Of a stretch of 64,000 bases of DNA, positions 48,901-58,336 are shown piece after piece. Source of the stretch: an uncultured Verrucomicrobiota bacterium. GTDB lineage: Bacteria > Verrucomicrobiota > Verrucomicrobiia > Limisphaerales > JAEYXS01. The DNA lies in assembly GCA_964589735.1 (NCBI GenBank), contig CAZPUL010000008.1, positions 1,213 to 65,212 of the forward strand. The letters run 5' to 3'. The translations under genes were made by a program, and so were the position numbers. Under the pieces are notes generated by a model that was given only the letters and a program-made list of their open reading frames with translations, had not been told where the DNA came from and made no database searches. The first letter of the stretch is position 1, and every line of letters starts with the position of its first letter.

Positions 48901-50130
48901 TCACTTGATACGGCGTCCGCCGATGAAACTGGCTTCCAACCTTGCATCCGTCGATAAAACCGCTTCTTCGACCCGCTTAAGGCTACCTTTGTAAGCCAAG
49001 GCAATCACATCCGCACGCATACCCGGATTCAAGCTGCCCAATTCATCCTCTAGTCCTAGTGCCTTTGCCCCATTGACCGTTGCCATCACCAGGATATCAC
49101 GAGCCATCACTTCCGTGTGCTTTAAGCAGAAACGGCACAACTCGGCCAGCATGTTCAATTCCGGAGGCTGATCACCCTCGCCTTGCATTGTCGCCAGACT
49201 ATCCGTACCGAGGCAAATGTTCACGCCTCTTTGCCGCAACTCTGCATAACGAAATGACCGGTGATCAAAGAACTCATGAGAACCAGGGCAATGCACCACG
49301 CTCGCACCACTATCAGCCAGCAACGTCATATCTGCATCAGTCAGATAGTTGGCATGCACCAACAGCGTCTGCTTCTGCAGCAGTCCACAGCGCGCAATAT
49401 GCTGCAAAGGTGTCCGCCCATCACAGTCTTCCATCGGGCGGCCAAGACTTGCGATAATTTCATAGAGAGGTCCACTCCCAAGCGTAAACATCTCAAACTC
49501 ATCTGCCGACTCTGCCACGTGGATGGCGTTAATACGGCCGGTTTCCCGCGCGCGCTGGGCACTCAGCTCCAACAAGCCCGGCAAAGTCGCATAAGTTGAG
49601 TGCGGCGAGAATCCGCCACCAAATGGACCATCTCCTAGCAATCTCTCTGCTTCAGCCAATAGTTCCACTGGCGCACGGCGGCTGATGACACCGGTCATCT
49701 CAATGAAAGGAATCACCCGCAGGGGAGTAAGTTTGGGATTGGCTGCCTGGGCCCCAGCCAGCGTCTGGATATCAGCCACCGTGGTGGCTCCGCTGTGCAC
49801 CAGCATCGCCGCGCCGGTGAGCCATTGCTCTGTCGCGGCATCCGGTGACACTTTCTGCTTCGCCGAATTGATGCTGCGTATCCATTGGGAGAATCCCTTC
49901 GTGCCCGTGAACTGGCCCGCCAGGCCGGTGTATTCCAGGTGTGCGTGGGCATTCACCAAACCGGGCATCAGGATTACATCACCCAAGTCCGTCATTTCGT
50001 CCCCCACCGCCAGCGCTTTAACTTCTGCCCACTTGCCAGCGGCAGCAATGCGCCCGTCATGCATCCAGACTCCGCCATCCTCGATCGGCGGAGCCGTCAC
50101 CGGCACCAGTATGCGTGAGCGCAGCAGCAT
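48901..50130 (-). CDS. amidohydrolase-superfamily protein (nucleoside/aminofutalosine-deaminase-like)
   Basis: 'LMPGLVNAHAHLE' metal-binding HxH motif, plus 'VHANY' and 'LGTDS'. Confidence 0.75.
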   Translation of the reverse strand: MLLRSRILVPVTAPPIEDGGVWMHDGRIAAAGKWAEVKALAVGDEMTDLGDVILMPGLVNAHAHLEYTGLAGQFTGTKGFSQWIRSINSAKQKVSPDAATEQWLTGAAMLVHSGATTVADIQTLAGAQAANPKLTPLRVIPFIEMTGVISRRAPVELLAEAERLLGDGPFGGGFSPHSTYATLPGLLELSAQRARETGRINAIHVAESADEFEMFTLGSGPLYEIIASLGRPMEDCDGRTPLQHIARCGLLQKQTLLVHANYLTDADMTLLADSGASVVHCPGSHEFFDHRSFRYAELRQRGVNICLGTDSLATMQGEGDQPPELNMLAELCRFCLKHTEVMARDILVMATVNGAKALGLEDELGSLNPGMRADVIALAYKGSLKRVEEAVLSTDARLEASFIGGRRIK

Positions 50131-50173
50131 GAAAACAAATCAGCCCGCGCTGACAATAATGCAGCGCGGGCTG
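50131..50173 (-). terminator. rho-independent terminator of hpf, abutting the next start codon
   Basis: Minus strand: CAGCCCGCGCTG-n9-CAGCGCGGGCTG followed by ATTTGTTTTC, then immediately the ATG at 50130. Confidence 0.7.
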
Positions 50174-50196
50174 GATTCAAACATTCGGTTTATCTT

Positions 50197-50553
50197 TTAC
50201 TTGAGCGCGGCCTCTTGCCGGGCGCGCTTGCTGCGGGAAGCCTGGGTCTGCTTCCGCGCCTTCCGCTTGCTGTGGTTCTTGCGGATCTGCTGTTCGATCT
50301 TCTTGGCCACCTTGTCCACTGCCGTGTAGAGATCGCTCTCCGTATCTTCGGCGAAAAGATCAGGACCCGGCACCACGAGGCGTATGGAGACGCTGTATTG
50401 CTTCTCCGGCACCTTGGTATTGTCATGCTCCAGGATCACACGCGCGTTGATCGCCCACCGGTCGAAATGCTCCAGCTTGTCGAGGCGCTCCATGATATGG
50501 TCCTCGATCGACTTGGTGAGGGTTACGTTGTGCGTTGATAGGATTAGTTTCAT
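50197..50553 (-). CDS. hpf: ribosome hibernation promoting factor (HPF/RaiA family)
   Basis: 'MKLILSTHNVTLTKSIEDHIMERLDKLEHF...ARVILE' with a basic C-terminus. Confidence 0.85.
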   Translation of the reverse strand: MKLILSTHNVTLTKSIEDHIMERLDKLEHFDRWAINARVILEHDNTKVPEKQYSVSIRLVVPGPDLFAEDTESDLYTAVDKVAKKIEQQIRKNHSKRKARKQTQASRSKRARQEAALK

Positions 50554-50668
50554 AGTCGTAAGTTGCTCCGTTTTCCCATTATAATCCAGCCAAACTAATG
50601 GCCGGAGATTGTTATTCCTTTACCTTCTGCTGCCCTCGTTCGGGAAGTCCCATGGTGTGATTCATTCA

Positions 50669-51838
50669 TCAGTTTGGACGGGTGTTTTGGACGATGCGTT
50701 CAAACGAGGCGAGCAGCCGTTGAATATAAGTTTCCGCAGAGAATTTCTCCCTCCACATTTGATGGCCATTCTTTCCCATGGCTTGCAGTTGCGTCCGGTC
50801 ACTGAACAGGTCTGACAAGGCAGTATTAAGCTCAAGCACCGACCGCACGGATAACATGACCCCATTCACGCCATTTTGCAACCATTCAGGTGTCGCTCCG
50901 CCAGCAAACGCCACCACCGGTTTGCCATGGGCCATCCCCTCCGGCCCAATCAATCCGAATGGTTCCGGCCGCAAAGTCGGTGTCACCACCACTTCTGCCT
51001 TCGCGATCTCTTCATCTACCTGTTGTGGCGAGATCTCACCGAGAAACCGGATGCGATCATCCCTGCGTATTTCTTTGGCGAGAGATTCCAACCGCGCCCG
51101 CTCCGGGCCATCTCCGCAAACCACCAGCGAACAATTGTGATGGCTCAGAAGCTGCATCGCCTCCACCACGAGATGCACACCCTTCGCGGGTACCAGTCGT
51201 GAGGCGACCATAATTCTTCCGGGAACGGTCTCGGCCTTTACCTGCGGCTCCTTCGCATACAGCGACACCACATCGATGGCTGCACGCGAGATACCGTTCT
51301 CCACCAATCCGCACGCCATGAATTCGGAGGCCACCTGGAAATGTTGCTGACTTCCTAGCGTGAGATTGCGCTGCACCCGTTGCCAGCGCTGCCAGTTACC
51401 CGCCGGATTCTTGCCGCCACAGCCGCTGGCATAATGATGCCACAGGCAAGCCGCACCGTGAGGGCGATGGCAGGCTTCATAGCCGTTCACCATGCGATCT
51501 CCCGCCGAGCAGAACCAGCTCTGGTCATGCAGGAAACGGACCATGGGCACGTTGCGGCCGGCTAATTCCAAGAAGAAAGGATGATCTATCTGGTGTACCT
51601 GCACGATGTCTGGCCGAAAATCGTGGAGTATCTCCTCCCAACGCGCTTGCAGGATACTGTCTCCCACGCCCAAGGAGAAACGGTACACGGGGCATTGCAC
51701 CTCACTGCTCTGCCCGTCCCAATAGGCCAGCCCCACTGCATGCCCGGCACCGGCCAGCAGGCCCAGCGTCTCCACCACCACGCGATTGGCGCCGCCGGTG
51801 TGGCAGCGGGCACTTTCATTGACCAGCAGGATGCGCAT
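50669..51838 (-). CDS. glycosyltransferase family 4 (GT-B)
   Basis: 'MRILLVNE...GGANRVV' and C-terminal 'EPFGLIGPEGMAHGKPVVA' (E-x7-E region). ATG at 51838. Confidence 0.8.
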   Translation of the reverse strand: MRILLVNESARCHTGGANRVVVETLGLLAGAGHAVGLAYWDGQSSEVQCPVYRFSLGVGDSILQARWEEILHDFRPDIVQVHQIDHPFFLELAGRNVPMVRFLHDQSWFCSAGDRMVNGYEACHRPHGAACLWHHYASGCGGKNPAGNWQRWQRVQRNLTLGSQQHFQVASEFMACGLVENGISRAAIDVVSLYAKEPQVKAETVPGRIMVASRLVPAKGVHLVVEAMQLLSHHNCSLVVCGDGPERARLESLAKEIRRDDRIRFLGEISPQQVDEEIAKAEVVVTPTLRPEPFGLIGPEGMAHGKPVVAFAGGATPEWLQNGVNGVMLSVRSVLELNTALSDLFSDRTQLQAMGKNGHQMWREKFSAETYIQRLLASFERIVQNTRPN

Positions 51839-51846
51839 TGGTCCGT

Positions 51847-52272
51847 TCAGTTCGCCTTGGCTGGCGGATGATCTCCATCCGGCAGCAACGGCGAACCGCA
51901 TTCAAAACAAAAGTTCGATTTGGGCGGGCAGCGCGTGCCGCACTCGGCACAGTTGAGATGCGCTTCCTTGTGCCGCTTATGGATGATCAGATTGCGGATG
52001 TAGGGGATCCACGTGAAGGCGTAGGCCCAGATGAACACAGAATCTTTCTGGTAAAACAACGCATAGCTCAACAAAAGCAGCGAACCGATCAGGCTCAATA
52101 CCCAGAAGGCGGAAGGCACGACCACTTTCTTCAACTTCTCGGTGGCATACCACTGCACGATGAAACGGGAGAAGAACACCATGTTCCCCACCCAGCCGAC
52201 CACTTTCCAGACATGCCACTCAATCCCGAGAAACTTGCCACCGGGGAAGACGAGGTTTTGCAGCCAATCCAT
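51847..52272 (-). CDS. lipid-A-disaccharide synthase N-terminal (LAB_N) domain membrane protein with a C-terminal zinc ribbon
   Basis: 'VGWVGNMVFFSRFIVQWYATEK' and 'CAECGTRCPPKSNFCFECG'. The ATG at 52272 is preferred over the TTG at 52311. Confidence 0.65.
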   Translation of the reverse strand: MDWLQNLVFPGGKFLGIEWHVWKVVGWVGNMVFFSRFIVQWYATEKLKKVVVPSAFWVLSLIGSLLLLSYALFYQKDSVFIWAYAFTWIPYIRNLIIHKRHKEAHLNCAECGTRCPPKSNFCFECGSPLLPDGDHPPAKAN

Positions 52273-52327
52273 ATCTAGTTGGATTAAGCCCGCAACCCGA
52301 CGCCCTGACAAACAGAAAGCCCACGGT

Positions 52328-53446
52328 TCATGGCGTCTTCTCCGCGAGCAATTTCTTCACCTTCGCTTCCAGATCCTCGCGGGCGTTCAGGTCGTGCAGT
52401 TTGCCCTGCTTGTCGATCAGCCACATGGTCGGGATCGCCGAGATGCCATACTTGGCCGCCCAGCCGCCGTCCGGATTCGCGGCGTCAAAATGATGCAGCC
52501 AGCTCATCCCGTGCTTCGCCACCGTGCTCTTCAGCACATCCATCTCCTGATCCATGTTCACCCCGATGATCTCGAAACCTTGGGTGCGGTACTCCTCGTA
52601 GAGCTTCTTCATGTTCGGGACCTCGGCCATGCAGGGGCCGCACCAGCTCGCCCAGAAATCGATCAACACCACTTTGCCCCTCAGTTTCTCCAGGTTGATC
52701 TCTTTGCCGTCCAAACCCAGCGCGATGAACACGAACGGTTTCCCCACGGAGTCATAGCGTTTGAGCTGGTTGCGTACGATATTCTTTGCCGCCACTGGCA
52801 GATTGGACGCCTCGATCTCTTTGGCCAGCCTTTGGGCCCGGGGAATATCCTCATCCTGTGCCGCCGCGATGGCGAGCTGGACCAGCAGATTGTAAGGCTC
52901 GTTCCGGCCGGGAAACTCCTTGATCAGCTGGCGAGCGCCCTTTTCCATCGCGTCCATGACCGCCGGGGTGCCCGCGCTACGCAGCGCCCGGGCATCCTGC
53001 TGCACATGCAGAAGGCGCAGACGTATCCGTTCATCTTCCGAGATGTCGGCTGAATTCAGGAGGGACTGCCGCAACTCCTGCAACCGCACCAACCGGTTGG
53101 TGTTGCCCAACTGCACCGAGGTCTCATTCAGTTTGAGCTCCTTTTCCCGCGCGATCTTGGCATTGGGATGGGCCGGGAATTTCTCGTAGAAAGCCCGGGC
53201 CAGATCGGCCGCCTTGGCTGTCAGCAGGCCGTTGTTCATCTCATACGCGATGATCTGCTCCGGTGTCGGATCCTTCCCTTTCCATTCCGCTGGCGGGCCA
53301 CCCGGTGGCCGCGAAGCTTTCAAGAATTCCTGCCAGGCCTTCTGCGCCTCCTCCGCCTTGTCCTGGTCTTGGGCTCCGGCAGACAGCGAAACCAGCAGGG
53401 ATGCGGCGAACAGCAACCTCTGGCCGATGAGCATAATACGTTTCAT
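52328..53446 (-). CDS. exported TlpA-like thiol:disulfide oxidoreductase with an N-terminal helical domain
   Basis: 'VVLIDFWASWCGPCMAEVP' thioredoxin CxxC motif. A signal peptide follows the ATG at 53446. Confidence 0.85.
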   Translation of the reverse strand: MKRIMLIGQRLLFAASLLVSLSAGAQDQDKAEEAQKAWQEFLKASRPPGGPPAEWKGKDPTPEQIIAYEMNNGLLTAKAADLARAFYEKFPAHPNAKIAREKELKLNETSVQLGNTNRLVRLQELRQSLLNSADISEDERIRLRLLHVQQDARALRSAGTPAVMDAMEKGARQLIKEFPGRNEPYNLLVQLAIAAAQDEDIPRAQRLAKEIEASNLPVAAKNIVRNQLKRYDSVGKPFVFIALGLDGKEINLEKLRGKVVLIDFWASWCGPCMAEVPNMKKLYEEYRTQGFEIIGVNMDQEMDVLKSTVAKHGMSWLHHFDAANPDGGWAAKYGISAIPTMWLIDKQGKLHDLNAREDLEAKVKKLLAEKTP

Positions 53447-53450
53447 GGCT

Positions 53451-54245
53451 TCACCCTTTCTCCACTTTTTGGGGAACTTCGGCAAGCCAACGTTCCAGCG
53501 CGATTTTCAACCGCCGCAATCGGCGGGGATTCTCCGGTGCGGCAAAGTCTGCTTCGCGCCCGTCCGGTGGTGGTTGCGCCAAGGCAAGGTCCACCGAGGC
53601 CAGCAAGGTCTGCAGGTCTCCTGCGGAGATCTTCGCCAGCGCTTTTTCCTCCTGCTCTAGCCGCATCGACTTGCGGGCAAACTCCAGCAGCATCGGACAC
53701 AGTTCGAGACAGGGAATCAGGCTCTTATCCGTCCGTTCGTCTGCCGGAAGCTCCGGCCCGCCCCACAAACGCTGCTTCAGGCAGGAATCCCGGTGACACG
53801 CCGCCAAGGCCGCGTCCCGCACCTGGGTGTCGCTCAGCATCTGGGTGATGCGATACATGCCGGTCTGGCGATTGACATAGTCGCGATAATGCGTGACCGG
53901 CACCGGGATCTGGCGGGCAGCATACCAATCCGCCAGCGCACCCGGATAAAGATGTGCCAACGCCGTCTCGAGTTCCTCGTTGGAATGGGCCAGCGCCCGC
54001 CAGCCAGTGCGCAGGTTGGGCGCGGACTTCAAGGGCCGGAAGGCTCCGGTCTGGGTGTGATTCGCAAGATTCCTGAGTGATTCGATCGCCACCAGTTCCA
54101 GCGCCGAATCCGTGACGGCAGCATCCGTCACCTGCCGCAGCTCAAAGGCATCTCCCCGGCGGCTGATCAATGCCTGGGCAAATTCCAGATGGTGGGGCAG
54201 CTCCCTTATGAACGCCTGCAAGGCCGGGTTGTCAGTTCTGGTCAT
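53451..54245 (-). CDS. conserved hypothetical protein (possibly DR2241-family)
   Basis: Clean 264-aa ORF, 4 nt upstream of the next gene. Conserved-looking Cys residues ('ACHRDSCLKQ', 'IPCLELCP'). The family name is from memory only. Confidence 0.4.
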   Translation of the reverse strand: MTRTDNPALQAFIRELPHHLEFAQALISRRGDAFELRQVTDAAVTDSALELVAIESLRNLANHTQTGAFRPLKSAPNLRTGWRALAHSNEELETALAHLYPGALADWYAARQIPVPVTHYRDYVNRQTGMYRITQMLSDTQVRDAALAACHRDSCLKQRLWGGPELPADERTDKSLIPCLELCPMLLEFARKSMRLEQEEKALAKISAGDLQTLLASVDLALAQPPPDGREADFAAPENPRRLRRLKIALERWLAEVPQKVEKG

Positions 54246-54309
54246 GTGCTAGCAACTTAGCCCAGCCCGTCATTTTGCCAAATGCATTTGCGGTATCGGA
54301 ACCAAAAAA

Positions 54310-55650
54310 TCAGCCGACCTTTTCCTTATTGTCCGAACCGGGCAGATCGTTGGTCAGTTTCCACTCGGAATCCTGCCGCAGATAGACCGTCTGCGTCGGG
54401 AAGGCGAACTCGATCTGTTCTTCATCGAAGCGGCGTTTCACTTCGAGGTTCATCACGTGCATGCCGGTGAGATAATCACGGTATTCCGTGTCATTCCACC
54501 AGTGAACCACCTGGATGTCCAAGGAAGAAGCGCCGAAGCGGTTGAAGCTCACCAGCAGATCCTGAGTCTTCTCATGCTTGCTATAAACCTCCTTGAGGAT
54601 GTCCACCGCCCTTTGCAGCTTGGCGTGCGGCGTGTCATAGGTCACACCGATGAACATCGTAGTCTTGATGGTCGGACGCCGGGTCACGTTCGTGATGGTG
54701 GCATTGCCCATTGTCTTGTTCGGGATGGTGACGAGGAAGCCGTCCAGATTCCGCACCCGCGTGCTGCGCAGACCGATGGTCTCCACCGTGCCATCCACAG
54801 CATCGAGCTGGATGCGGTCCCCGATGCGGAAAGGCTTGTCCAAAAATACCGCGACAGCACCGAAGAGGTTCGCCAGCGTGTCCTGGGCCGCGAGGCCGAT
54901 GGCCAGACCACCGATGGACAAGGAGGCGATCGCTGCCGTGATATTGATCCCCAGGTTTTGCGAGGTCACCAGCACGGAAACCACACAGATGAAAGCCTTC
55001 AGGCTTTTGCGGACGATGGGATAGAGCTGGTCATCAAACGCCCGGTCCTCCTCATGTTTGGCGCGTTCCCGCCAATAACCCATGAACAGGTCCACCAATT
55101 TCATGATCATGTAGGTCAGCGACACCGCCACGACGATGAGCAGGCCCTTGGAAAGGAATTTCTCAATGATGTCCGGCCAGTCAAAAACGCTCAGTCCGAC
55201 GTGCAGGAAGATGACGAAACTGACGACTTTCACCGGGCCATGCACCAGTTCCAAGAGCAGATCATCGAACTGCGTGGTAGTTTTCTTGGCCCATTGCTTG
55301 AGAAACACCCCCACCAGATAATCCAGCATCTTGGAGATGTAGAACGCCAAGAAGATGTAGATAAGCGACGAGCAATACTTCCACAATGGATTGCTGAATA
55401 CAATCGTGTCCCGGAGAAATTCATTCTGATCCAGACCGAAAGTCAGCCAGTCCTGGCTCTCCTTGGGTTCCTTGTCTGCCTTTTCCTTGGCCTGATCTTC
55501 CTTGAGCGCTTGGGCACGCCTCAAGGTCGTGGTGTTGGTGGAGCCGCCCGGAGCAGTATTCGTCTGGGCACTGGCATAAAAAGACCACAGCAACATCAGC
55601 AGGCACAGCCCGATGAAACCGCGATAGAACGTCTCAAACTTCAACTTCAT
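54310..55650 (-). CDS. mechanosensitive ion channel (MscS family)
   Basis: 'FRIGDRIQLDAVDGTVETIGLRSTRVRNLDGFLVTIPN' plus N-terminal TM helices. Confidence 0.88.
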   Translation of the reverse strand: MKLKFETFYRGFIGLCLLMLLWSFYASAQTNTAPGGSTNTTTLRRAQALKEDQAKEKADKEPKESQDWLTFGLDQNEFLRDTIVFSNPLWKYCSSLIYIFLAFYISKMLDYLVGVFLKQWAKKTTTQFDDLLLELVHGPVKVVSFVIFLHVGLSVFDWPDIIEKFLSKGLLIVVAVSLTYMIMKLVDLFMGYWRERAKHEEDRAFDDQLYPIVRKSLKAFICVVSVLVTSQNLGINITAAIASLSIGGLAIGLAAQDTLANLFGAVAVFLDKPFRIGDRIQLDAVDGTVETIGLRSTRVRNLDGFLVTIPNKTMGNATITNVTRRPTIKTTMFIGVTYDTPHAKLQRAVDILKEVYSKHEKTQDLLVSFNRFGASSLDIQVVHWWNDTEYRDYLTGMHVMNLEVKRRFDEEQIEFAFPTQTVYLRQDSEWKLTNDLPGSDNKEKVG

Positions 55651-55722
55651 AAATTTCTAATAGACTCAAAAAATGCGGAGCGTCAACCGTGGAGGAAGAC
55701 CTTTGGAGTCGCGCAGATGGTA

Positions 55723-55935
55723 TTAGCCCCCGGCAACGATGCGGACGATCTCCAGCCTGTCTCCGGGCTGGACCATGCGCTGGGAAAATTCCGAGGGCGG
55801 CACCGCCTCCCCGTTCAGTTCCACCACCACACTGCGCGGCAGCAACTGTTGGCGGGTGAGAAAATCGGCCAGCGGACAGGGCTGCGCCAGCGGCAGCGGA
55901 CGTCCGTTCGCGATCACTGTGTTCGGTTCATTCAT
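55723..55935 (-). CDS. thiS: sulfur-carrier protein ThiS
   Basis: 70 aa ending '...GDRLEIVRIVAGG' (C-terminal GG). ATG at 55935. Confidence 0.85.
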   Translation of the reverse strand: MNEPNTVIANGRPLPLAQPCPLADFLTRQQLLPRSVVVELNGEAVPPSEFSQRMVQPGDRLEIVRIVAGG

Positions 55936-55943
55936 GGCCGGGC

Positions 55944-57041
55944 TCATTCACGCAACAACTTCACCGGTTCCGGCTGGCCATCCAACTGCACCTTCACCGA
56001 ATCGGCCAGTATCTCCAGCACCTTGACCGAACGTTTTTTCCCGGCCACTTCCAGCTCGACCGTCTCGTCTTTCATGAAAGTCTTGCCATTGATCAACGCA
56101 AGGGTCTTTTCCTTGGTCACGATCACACCCTTCAACTGCAAGCGATCGTAAGTGGTGCGGCTGGCCTTCGGACCGGCCGTCCACATGGGCTGCACGGGCG
56201 CATCTTGGTAGGTCAGTTTGAAATCCACCTCGTCCAGCACAGGTTCCCGGCCGTCTTTCACCCAATCCAGGATGCGGCCCAGCCCGTGCACCTTGTAGAA
56301 CTTGGCCGCCGTGGTGATGCGCCCCTCCGTGTAACCGTTCTCCATGATATTCTTGATCTGGCCATCCCGGCGGGACTGCTCCATGAGCGCCAACGCCACC
56401 ACCTCGCAGACGGCCTCGATCGTCTGCGGCTCGATCGTGCGGTCCTTGGGCTTGTTCTCATTGATCCACAAGTGCGTGTATTCATGGGCACACACCGCCG
56501 CCATCTCGTCCTTCCACAAGCCGCGATAGAGCAGAATCGAGTGGGCAAACCCGCCACCGACCGGACGTGAGGTGGCCATGCCATGTCGTTGATTGGCGAC
56601 CGCATTGCGCTGGCCATCTTTGATGTTCCAGTAATCGATGTCGTAGATGCTCAGGGTCACCGCCGGATGCCGCAGGGTCATCCGCCCGCCGGTCATCTGC
56701 AAGAGATCCGCCGTAACGCTCACAAAGATCTGGCGGATGTCCTCGTCTTTCACCGCAGCGTTCGGATAATCTTGCGCACAATAATAGCGGCCATCCCCAG
56801 ATTTCTCTGCCTCCGGCTTGACCGGCAAACCGCAGAGGGAGCAATTCTGCTTGAGTTCCTTGCACTCGGGGCAGATGAAGACTTCTTTCTTCGTCGTAGG
56901 CAGGATGTAGTTCCAGTATGGCCCCGGCTTGATCTGCTGACTGCAGACCACGCAATACAGGACCTTGGTCTCTGCACCCCAGCCCCGCACGGATAGAAGC
57001 AGGCCCAGCAGCAAACAGCCAAGTTGTAAGGTGCGGTTCAT
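55944..57041 (-). CDS. exported LIM-like zinc-finger + DA1-like HExxH metallopeptidase-domain protein
   Basis: Signal peptide 'MNRTLQLGCLLLGLLLSVRGWGA', Cys pairs 'CVVCSQ...CPECK...CSLCG', and 'VCAHEYTHLW' (HExxH). Confidence 0.55.
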   Translation of the reverse strand: MNRTLQLGCLLLGLLLSVRGWGAETKVLYCVVCSQQIKPGPYWNYILPTTKKEVFICPECKELKQNCSLCGLPVKPEAEKSGDGRYYCAQDYPNAAVKDEDIRQIFVSVTADLLQMTGGRMTLRHPAVTLSIYDIDYWNIKDGQRNAVANQRHGMATSRPVGGGFAHSILLYRGLWKDEMAAVCAHEYTHLWINENKPKDRTIEPQTIEAVCEVVALALMEQSRRDGQIKNIMENGYTEGRITTAAKFYKVHGLGRILDWVKDGREPVLDEVDFKLTYQDAPVQPMWTAGPKASRTTYDRLQLKGVIVTKEKTLALINGKTFMKDETVELEVAGKKRSVKVLEILADSVKVQLDGQPEPVKLLRE

Positions 57042-57049
57042 CAATCCAG

Positions 57050-58252
57050 CTAGGCCGTCAGCGCGGCATCCCAATCTTTCCAGACCGGTTCGTATCCCAG
57101 GCGGCGCAAGACCTCAGCCATCTCTTGCGGAGAACGTTCATCCGCGATGTCAAATTGTCCAGTCGCATTCGTGCTGCGTTCGGGCACCGCCGACCACTCG
57201 CTGGCGCCGGAGGCCAGTTCCACGATACGGCCCTTCTCCGTGCGATGGATGCGATCTTTGCCCGCTCCCGTGTAGCCGCCCGGTTCCGTATGGCTGCCCG
57301 CGCTGATCATGGTGATGCCCAGCGGCATCAGGCCATCGCGCAAACGCGCCGGTTCGCGGGTGGACAATACCAAGCCTACATCCGGCAGGAAGAGGCGGAA
57401 GGCACAGATCAATTGCGCCAGTTCACGGTCACCCAGATGGGTCAGTGGTTGAAACTCACCCGCACACGGACGCAAGCGCGGGAGGGAGATGGTCACTTGT
57501 GATTTCCAGCAATGGCGTAGCAGGTATTGCGCGTGGGCAGCCACGGAGATGGCTTCGTAACGCCAGTCCGCCAGACCATACAGCGCGCCGATGCCCAAGC
57601 GACGGAACCCGGCGGCATAGGCCCGCTCTGGAGTTTCCAGACGCCAGTCGAAATTGCGTTTTGGACCGGCCGTGTGCATGTCGGCATAGATGCCACGGTC
57701 ATAGGTTTCTTGATAGACGACTAGGCCATCCGCCCCAGCTTCCACGATAGGCCGGTATTCGTCTGTCTGCATCGGCCCGACTTCCAACGAGACACTGGGC
57801 AGCTCGGCGTGGAGGGCACGGGTGCAATCGGCCATGTATCCGTTGGAGACGAACTTGGGATGTTCGCCTGCGACCACCAGCACGTTGCGAAACCCCTGCT
57901 CTTTCAAGGCACGGGCTTCATGCATCACTTCTTCCACGGAGAGGGTCACACGCAGAATGGGATTGTCCCGGGAGAAGCCGCAGTACTTGCAGTTGTTGAT
58001 GCATTCGTTGGAAAGATAAAGCGGGGCAAACAGCCGGATGACGCGGCCATAGCGTTGCCGCGTGAGCACTTGCGAGCGCCGGCCCAGCTCTTCCAGGGAC
58101 TCCCCCGCCGCCGGGGACAGCAAGGCGGCGAAGTCCGCGAGATTGGCCGGGGCCTGCTGCAGCACCTGGCGCACCCGCTCCCGCCCTGCGTTCCGGGCCA
58201 CGTCCAACAAGGCCGGAAAGGGCAGCGCATCGAACTCTTTCACAAACGACAT
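57050..58252 (-). CDS. thiH: 2-iminoacetate synthase (tyrosine lyase) ThiH, radical SAM
   Basis: 'LSNECINNCKYCGFS' CxxxCxxC motif, about 400 aa. ATG at 58252 (MSFVKEF). Confidence 0.85.
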   Translation of the reverse strand: MSFVKEFDALPFPALLDVARNAGRERVRQVLQQAPANLADFAALLSPAAGESLEELGRRSQVLTRQRYGRVIRLFAPLYLSNECINNCKYCGFSRDNPILRVTLSVEEVMHEARALKEQGFRNVLVVAGEHPKFVSNGYMADCTRALHAELPSVSLEVGPMQTDEYRPIVEAGADGLVVYQETYDRGIYADMHTAGPKRNFDWRLETPERAYAAGFRRLGIGALYGLADWRYEAISVAAHAQYLLRHCWKSQVTISLPRLRPCAGEFQPLTHLGDRELAQLICAFRLFLPDVGLVLSTREPARLRDGLMPLGITMISAGSHTEPGGYTGAGKDRIHRTEKGRIVELASGASEWSAVPERSTNATGQFDIADERSPQEMAEVLRRLGYEPVWKDWDAALTA

Positions 58253-58336
58253 GGCCCCACAGTAACAAAAGGCCGCCCTCATTCAAGGGGCGCCCTCAAT
58301 ATTGCCAAATTTGACTTGCGGATACGGAACTGACGG

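Noticed and set aside
58253-58336. A TPP riboswitch upstream of thiH, and lysine riboswitches upstream of dapA (18396-18523) or kamA
   Set aside because: The spacers are too short (84, 128 and 32 nt) and lack the conserved cores (CUGAGA...ACCUGAUCUGGAUAAUGCCAGCG for TPP; the AGAGGCGC-type L-box start).
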